From: Sedimentisphaerales bacterium
GTDB lineage: Bacteria > Planctomycetota > Phycisphaerae > Sedimentisphaerales > Anaerobacaceae
Direction: 5' to 3'
Length of the DNA: 64,000 nucleotides
Assembly: GCA_963708075.1 (NCBI GenBank)
Contig: OY970194.1
Location: 288,001 to 352,000 of the forward strand
Part shown: positions 59,298-64,000 of the stretch, piece after piece
How the letters are laid out: every line of letters begins with the position of its first letter
Position numbering within the stretch: position 1 is the first letter of the stretch
Notes under the pieces: model-generated
Told to the model about the DNA's origin: nothing
Seen by the model: the letters and a program-made list of their open reading frames with translations, nothing else
The model's database searches: none
Made by a program: the position numbers and the translations under genes

Positions 59298-61448
59298 CTA
59301 CTTGCGCGGCCGAGTCAGCACGATTACGGAACGTCCTTCTGCTTTGACGGAGGTCGCGCCCAGGTTTCCTTCACCTGGCTTTCCGTCCTCGATCCGCGTC
59401 GATGTGTTGAGCACGATCTGCCAAGGCCTTTCCTTCTCGGAGAGAGCGAGCTGGAAGAAGACATCCTCGTGATTGGCATTGAACAGGACGAGGAAATCGT
59501 CGTCGCACACCGGTTCTCCCCGTCTGTCCATGTAGCCCAGGTCCCCATTGAGAAAGACCTGGAGCGACTTGATGTAGCCCTGCTTCCAGTCGTCTGCGGA
59601 CATTCCCGCAGCGTCCGGCCGGAACCAGCCGATATCTTCCAAGGCGACCGAGCCCCGGATCGATCGGCCCTGGTACCAACCCCGGCGATGGAACACCGGA
59701 TGATCCTGGCGCAGGTGGATTAGTTGGGCAGTGAATTCCTTCAGGTTTTTGTCGGCGTGCTCCCAGTCGAACCAGGAGATCTCGTTATCCTGGCAATAGG
59801 CATTGTTGTTTCCACTTTTGGTTCGTCCGATCTCATCGCCCCCGTAGATCATGGGGACTCCCTGGGAGAGTAGCAGTGTGGTAAGGAGATTACGCACCTG
59901 GCGGGCGCGGAGGTCGTTGATCGCCGGGTCGTCCGTCTCACCCTCAACGCCATAATTGCAGGAGCGATTGTCGTCAGTGCCGTCTTTATTGTCCTCCAGG
60001 TTGGCCTCATTGTGCTTCTGCTCGTACGTCACCAGATCGTGCAGGGTGAATCCATCGTGGGCTGTAATGAAGTTGATGCTGGCGCGGGGCTTGCGGCCGG
60101 TGTTTTCATAGAGGTCCGAGCTGCCCGTGAACCGGCTGGCAAATTGGCCCAGCGTACTGTCCCGCCCTCGCCAGAAGTCGCGCATCACATCCCGATAGAT
60201 GCCGTTCCATTCCGACCACAGGACGGGGAAGCGGCCGACCTGGTAGCCGCCTTCGCCGACATCCCAGGGCTCGGCGATCAGCTTCATCTGGTTGATGATC
60301 GGGTCCTGGTGGATGATGTCGAAAAAAGCGGACAACCGATCCACGTCTTTGAGCTCCCGCGCCAGGGTCGACGCCAGGTCAAAACGAAAGCCGTCCACGT
60401 GCATTTCGGTGATCCAATAGCGCAGGGAGTCCATAATGAGTTCGAGCACGATGGGGTGGCGCATGTTCAGGCTATTGCCGGTGCCCGTGTAGTCCATGTA
60501 GTGCTGCGGATCATCCTCGACCAGCCGGTAGTAGGCGGGATTGTCGATTCCCTTATAGCAAAGGATGGGGCCAAGATGATTTCCCTCGGCTGTGTGGTTG
60601 TAGACGACGTCCAGAATGACCTCGATCCCCGCCTCGTGCAACTGGTAGACCATCTTCTTGAATTCCTGGACCTGCTGGCCCTGGTCGCCGGACGACGAAT
60701 ACTCGTTATGCGGTGCGAAATAGCAGATCGAGTTGTATCCCCAATAGTTCCGCAGACCCTTGTCGATGAGCATGCGGTCGTGCACGAACTGATGGACGGG
60801 CATCAGCTCGACCGCGGTAATGCCGAGGGACTTGAGGTACTCAATCACCGCCGGGTGGGTGAGGCCCGCATACGTGCCTCGCTGCTCGGACGGAACCGCC
60901 GGATGACGCTTTGTAAACCCTTTGACGTGCATCTCATAGATGATCGTGTCTTCCAGGGGCGTGTGAGCGCGATACTCATTGTTCCAGTTGAAAAAGGGAT
61001 TATGGACCACGCTCTTCATCATCAGGCGTGCATCGTCGGAACTGCTGCACGCGGCGGCGTCGGGCTTGTCCACCCGGTAGGGGAATAAGGCGTCGCTCCA
61101 CTGGATCGAACCGCTGACCGCCTTGCTGCTCGGGTCGAGCAGCAGTTTGTTCGGGCAGCAGCAGATTCCCCTCTTGGGGTCCCAGGGGCCGTGGACCCGG
61201 TAGCCATAGAGTTGCCCCGGACCTATGCCGCTCACATACACATGCCAGTTGTATCCGTCGCGCTCGGTGAGGCTGATCCTGGTTTCTTTCCCCTCCTGAT
61301 CGAACAAACACAACTCGATCCGTTCAGCCACTTCGGAAAAGACGGAGAAATTCGTGCCTGTACCGTCGTAAGCGCAGTCCAGGGGATAGGGTACGCCGGG
61401 CAGTGCCTTCACGGAGCTTGTATGCAGAACTTGTGTTGTCATCTTCAT
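59298..61448 (-). CDS. glgX: Glycogen debranching enzyme (isoamylase, GH13)
   Basis: YGYRVHGPWDP, NYWGYN, DVVYNHTAEG, DGFRFDLA, IAEPWD, TAHDGFTL, GNNNAYCQDN. Confidence 0.96.
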   Translation of the reverse strand: MKMTTQVLHTSSVKALPGVPYPLDCAYDGTGTNFSVFSEVAERIELCLFDQEGKETRISLTERDGYNWHVYVSGIGPGQLYGYRVHGPWDPKRGICCCPNKLLLDPSSKAVSGSIQWSDALFPYRVDKPDAAACSSSDDARLMMKSVVHNPFFNWNNEYRAHTPLEDTIIYEMHVKGFTKRHPAVPSEQRGTYAGLTHPAVIEYLKSLGITAVELMPVHQFVHDRMLIDKGLRNYWGYNSICYFAPHNEYSSSGDQGQQVQEFKKMVYQLHEAGIEVILDVVYNHTAEGNHLGPILCYKGIDNPAYYRLVEDDPQHYMDYTGTGNSLNMRHPIVLELIMDSLRYWITEMHVDGFRFDLASTLARELKDVDRLSAFFDIIHQDPIINQMKLIAEPWDVGEGGYQVGRFPVLWSEWNGIYRDVMRDFWRGRDSTLGQFASRFTGSSDLYENTGRKPRASINFITAHDGFTLHDLVTYEQKHNEANLEDNKDGTDDNRSCNYGVEGETDDPAINDLRARQVRNLLTTLLLSQGVPMIYGGDEIGRTKSGNNNAYCQDNEISWFDWEHADKNLKEFTAQLIHLRQDHPVFHRRGWYQGRSIRGSVALEDIGWFRPDAAGMSADDWKQGYIKSLQVFLNGDLGYMDRRGEPVCDDDFLVLFNANHEDVFFQLALSEKERPWQIVLNTSTRIEDGKPGEGNLGATSVKAEGRSVIVLTRPRK

Positions 61449-61655
61449 CGTCTCCCAATCTGCCCGCCGCTTGTCCGCCGCTCCGGCCGGACCGGCGCCA
61501 AGACAGGCCGGAGTGGGTCATAAAGTCTCATTGTACTCGCCCGGCGGACGTGCGTTTCGTAGGGGTAATCCCAATATGGCCGTCGGAAAACGGCTAAGGA
61601 GAGGGCGGGCAGACACAAGCTCTCGGTCCGGCCGGCATCAGCCTGACGCATGCAT

Positions 61656-61686
61656 ATGCTTACGCAGGGGCGTAAGCATGGCACCC
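61656..61686. repeat. REP-like palindrome (GGGTGCCATG family) between glgB and glgX
   Basis: ATGCTTACGC-AGGG-GCGTAAGCAT-GGCACCC perfect 10-bp stem. Confidence 0.6.
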
Positions 61687-61714
61687 GAATCAGTGATGCA
61701 TGGCATGTGGATGA

Positions 61715-63679
61715 TTACTGGGTCTGGGGCACTCTGCGTTCGGGGCCGTCGGCTAGTTCCCTTTTGAAGACGACGATCGCCAGTGGCGGCAGCGTCACGG
61801 ACAGGGTGAAATCGAATTTGCCATAGAAGGAGGCGGGGGAGGCCTCGACGCCGCCCAGGTTGCCCTGGCCGCTGCCGCTATAGTCCTTCGCGTCGCTGTT
61901 GAGGATCTCCTGCCACTGGCCGCTGCAGGGGACGCCGACGCGGTAATTGTGCCGCGGCACCGGCGTGAAGTTGCACACGACCGCCAGGATGTCTTTGCTG
62001 GCCTTATCCTTGCGAAGATAGCTGATCACGCTGTTGTCGGCATCGTGGAAATCGATCCACTCGAAGCCGGGGCTGTGGAAGTCCATTTCATGCATCGCCG
62101 GCTCGGTTCGATAGAGGTGATTCAGGTCGCGGACCCATTTCTGCAAATTGGCGTGGAATGGGTCGTCGAGCAGGTGCCAGTCACAACTGTGCTCGTGATT
62201 CCACTCGCTCTGCTGGCCGAACTCGCCGCCCTGGAACAGCAGCTTCTTGCCGGGAGTGGTGTACATATAGCCGAAGAGCAGGCGGAGATTGGCCATCTTC
62301 TGCCATGTGTCGCCGGGCATTCTGCCATAGAGCGAGCCCTTGCCGTGGACGACCTCGTCATGCGACAGCGGCAGAATGAAGTTCTCGGAGAACGCATACA
62401 GGATGGAAAACGAGAGCATACCCTGGTGATACTTGCGGTACACAGGGTCCTGGCGGAAGTACTCGAGGGTGTCGTGCATCCAGCCCATGTTCCACTTCAT
62501 GCCGAAACCCAGGCCGCCGGTATCGACGGGGCGGGTGACCATCGGCCAAGCGGTCGATTCCTCCGCGATGGTCTGGATATCTGGAAAATCATGGTAGAGC
62601 ATCTCATTAAATCGGCGCAGAAAAGCGATGGCCTCGACGTTCTCTCGTCCGCCCCCTTCATTGGGGATCCATTCGCCCTCCTTGCGGGAGTAGTCGCGGT
62701 AGAGCATGGAGGCGACACCATCCACGCGCAGGGCATCGGCGTGGTACTTGTCCAGCCAGAACATGGCGGAACTGATCAGGTAGTTGCGCACTTCGTTCCG
62801 GCCGTAGTTGAAGACGGCGCTCTTCCAGTCCGGGTGAAAGCCCAGGCGAGGATCGGCGTGCTCATAGAGGTGGGTGCCGTCGAAGTAGCCCAGGCCGTAC
62901 TCGTCCGTGGGGAAATGGGATGGCACCCAGTCCAGAATTACGCCAATATCATTCTTATGCAGGTGGTCGATCAGGCACATCAGATCCTGGCAGGAGCCGT
63001 AGCGGCGGCTGGGGGCGAAGTAGCCGACCGTCTGATAGCCCCACGAGGCGTAGAAGGGATGCTCCATGACCGGCATGAGTTCGACGTGGGTGAACCCCAT
63101 CTGCTTGACATATTCGGCCAGGGGCTCGGCGATCTCTCCGTAGCTCAGCAGCCTGTCCGGCTCGCCCGGGTCGCGCCGCCAGGAGCCCAAGTGAACCTCG
63201 TAGATACTGATCGGGCCATTCATCGAGTTTCGCTCGGCCCGTTTCTCGGACCACGGGGCATCGCCCCATTCGTAGTCCAGGTCCCAAACCACGGATGCAG
63301 TGTTCGGCGGCAGCTCCCAGAAGAAGGCAAACGGGTCGCCCTTATTCACCGTGTAGCCGTTGTGGTTGGAGACGATGTGGTACTTGTAGATCGCCCCTTT
63401 GCCGAGATGCGGAATGAAACCCTCCCAGATTCCCGAGCCTTCCCATCGCCCCCCCAGGGGATGCGACTGGGGATTCCACCGGTTGAAATCGCCGACAACA
63501 GAGACCTGTTTGGCGCAGGGCGCCCAGACGGCGAAGAACGTGCCCGGGACACCATCCACCTCGACGATGTGCGCGCCAAGCTTGTTGTAGAGGCGGAAGT
63601 GATTTCCCTGCCTGAACAGGTAGACATCATGATCCGTCAAAAGGCTAAAGCCCGTAAGTACCTGGCTCTGCTCCGTCAT
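61715..63679 (-). CDS. glgB: 1,4-alpha-glucan branching enzyme
   Basis: [56 protein letters not shown]. Confidence 0.97.
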   Translation of the reverse strand: MTEQSQVLTGFSLLTDHDVYLFRQGNHFRLYNKLGAHIVEVDGVPGTFFAVWAPCAKQVSVVGDFNRWNPQSHPLGGRWEGSGIWEGFIPHLGKGAIYKYHIVSNHNGYTVNKGDPFAFFWELPPNTASVVWDLDYEWGDAPWSEKRAERNSMNGPISIYEVHLGSWRRDPGEPDRLLSYGEIAEPLAEYVKQMGFTHVELMPVMEHPFYASWGYQTVGYFAPSRRYGSCQDLMCLIDHLHKNDIGVILDWVPSHFPTDEYGLGYFDGTHLYEHADPRLGFHPDWKSAVFNYGRNEVRNYLISSAMFWLDKYHADALRVDGVASMLYRDYSRKEGEWIPNEGGGRENVEAIAFLRRFNEMLYHDFPDIQTIAEESTAWPMVTRPVDTGGLGFGMKWNMGWMHDTLEYFRQDPVYRKYHQGMLSFSILYAFSENFILPLSHDEVVHGKGSLYGRMPGDTWQKMANLRLLFGYMYTTPGKKLLFQGGEFGQQSEWNHEHSCDWHLLDDPFHANLQKWVRDLNHLYRTEPAMHEMDFHSPGFEWIDFHDADNSVISYLRKDKASKDILAVVCNFTPVPRHNYRVGVPCSGQWQEILNSDAKDYSGSGQGNLGGVEASPASFYGKFDFTLSVTLPPLAIVVFKRELADGPERRVPQTQ

Positions 63680-63692
63680 GCGAACCCTCGGA

Positions 63693-63776
63693 ATTGATTA
63701 AGGATTATTGATTATGGATGATTGAAGAGGGAAGGACAGCCTCAATCATCAATCATCCTTTATCAATAATCAATCA
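63693..63776. repeat. Inverted heptamer tandem-repeat element
   Basis: ATTGATTAAGGATTATTGATTATGGATGATTGA - spacer - TCAATCATCAATCATCCTTTATCAATAATCAATCA. Confidence 0.75.
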
Positions 63777-64000
63777 CTTGAGTATTTGCTCCACGCCTCG
63801 AACGGCGATCATCAGCCAGTCGGGCCGGTTGTTCAGCTCATAGCCCAGCTCATAGACAGCTTTCTCCAGGACGAACGTCTCCAGGAGCACAGCGAAATCC
63901 TTCTCGTCACTCGGCACGACCCGGCTGCCGGCCACGGTCTTGAGATACGAGTACAGGAACAGGCCGTGCACGCAGGTGTGCCAAAGGTCCGCCCAATGCC
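63774..64000 (-). CDS. C-terminal end of a maltokinase (Mak/Pep2) domain, probably a TreS-Mak fusion; 5' part outside the window
   Basis: LEKAVYELGYELNNRPDW motif; located upstream of glgB. Confidence 0.85.
   Translation of the reverse strand, partial: HWADLWHTCVHGLFLYSYLKTVAGSRVVPSDEKDFAVLLETFVLEKAVYELGYELNNRPDWLMIAVRGVEQILK

Noticed and set aside
364..63697. Long antisense ORFs such as 15438-17579(-), 26997-28733(-), 29560-30975(-), 42957-44561(-) and 61949-63697(+)
   Set aside because: They are shadows of well-supported genes on the opposite strand in high-GC DNA and have no recognisable motifs
41400..63776. Repeat regions as CRISPR arrays
   Set aside because: Units are 7-9 nt tandem or palindromic, with no 25-45 nt repeats separated by unique spacers and no cas genes
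50628..64000. Glycogen/trehalose cluster as a novel pathway
   Set aside because: GH57-malQ-treY-treZ-glgX-glgB-treS/mak is a well-known gene set; only the embedded repeats are unusual

Overview
High-GC bacterial chromosomal segment, very probably Planctomycetota (Phycisphaerae/Sedimentisphaerales-like). This is inferred from a dockerin-like tail, a prepilin/H-X9-DG protein, DUF1570, a Tat-Gfo/Idh/MocA plus HEAT pair and a LamG protein with PxPADGATDV repeats. Contents in order: (1) two secreted proteins, one with a thrombospondin-C-like domain and a VPLPA/PEP-CTERM-like tail; (2) a 155-bp ISAs1-type MITE with 21-bp terminal inverted repeats and a perfect 10-bp target duplication; (3) a ~24-kb co-oriented cluster encoding a coiled-coil membrane protein, an Fe3+-type binding protein, a permease-NHL fusion, VWA/GATase proteins, MoxR, DUF58, an ABC ATPase and four tandem paralogous double-domain ABC-2 permeases plus one internally deleted copy; (4) carbohydrate-related genes (GH5, GH4, a DUF5696-like protein, an AraC-prepilin-LamG cassette), a TMEM175 channel, tRNA-Gly(CCC) and tex; (5) a glycogen/trehalose cluster (GH57, malQ, treY, treZ, glgX, glgB, treS/mak end). 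Most notable: palindromic REP and heptamer-repeat elements sit in frame inside malQ and treY, and five of the seven frameshifts in the window fall on GAGACC/GGTCTC, which suggests methylation-driven basecalling errors and so an Eco31I/BsaI-like host methylation motif. All family calls come from motif recognition by eye; no searches were run.
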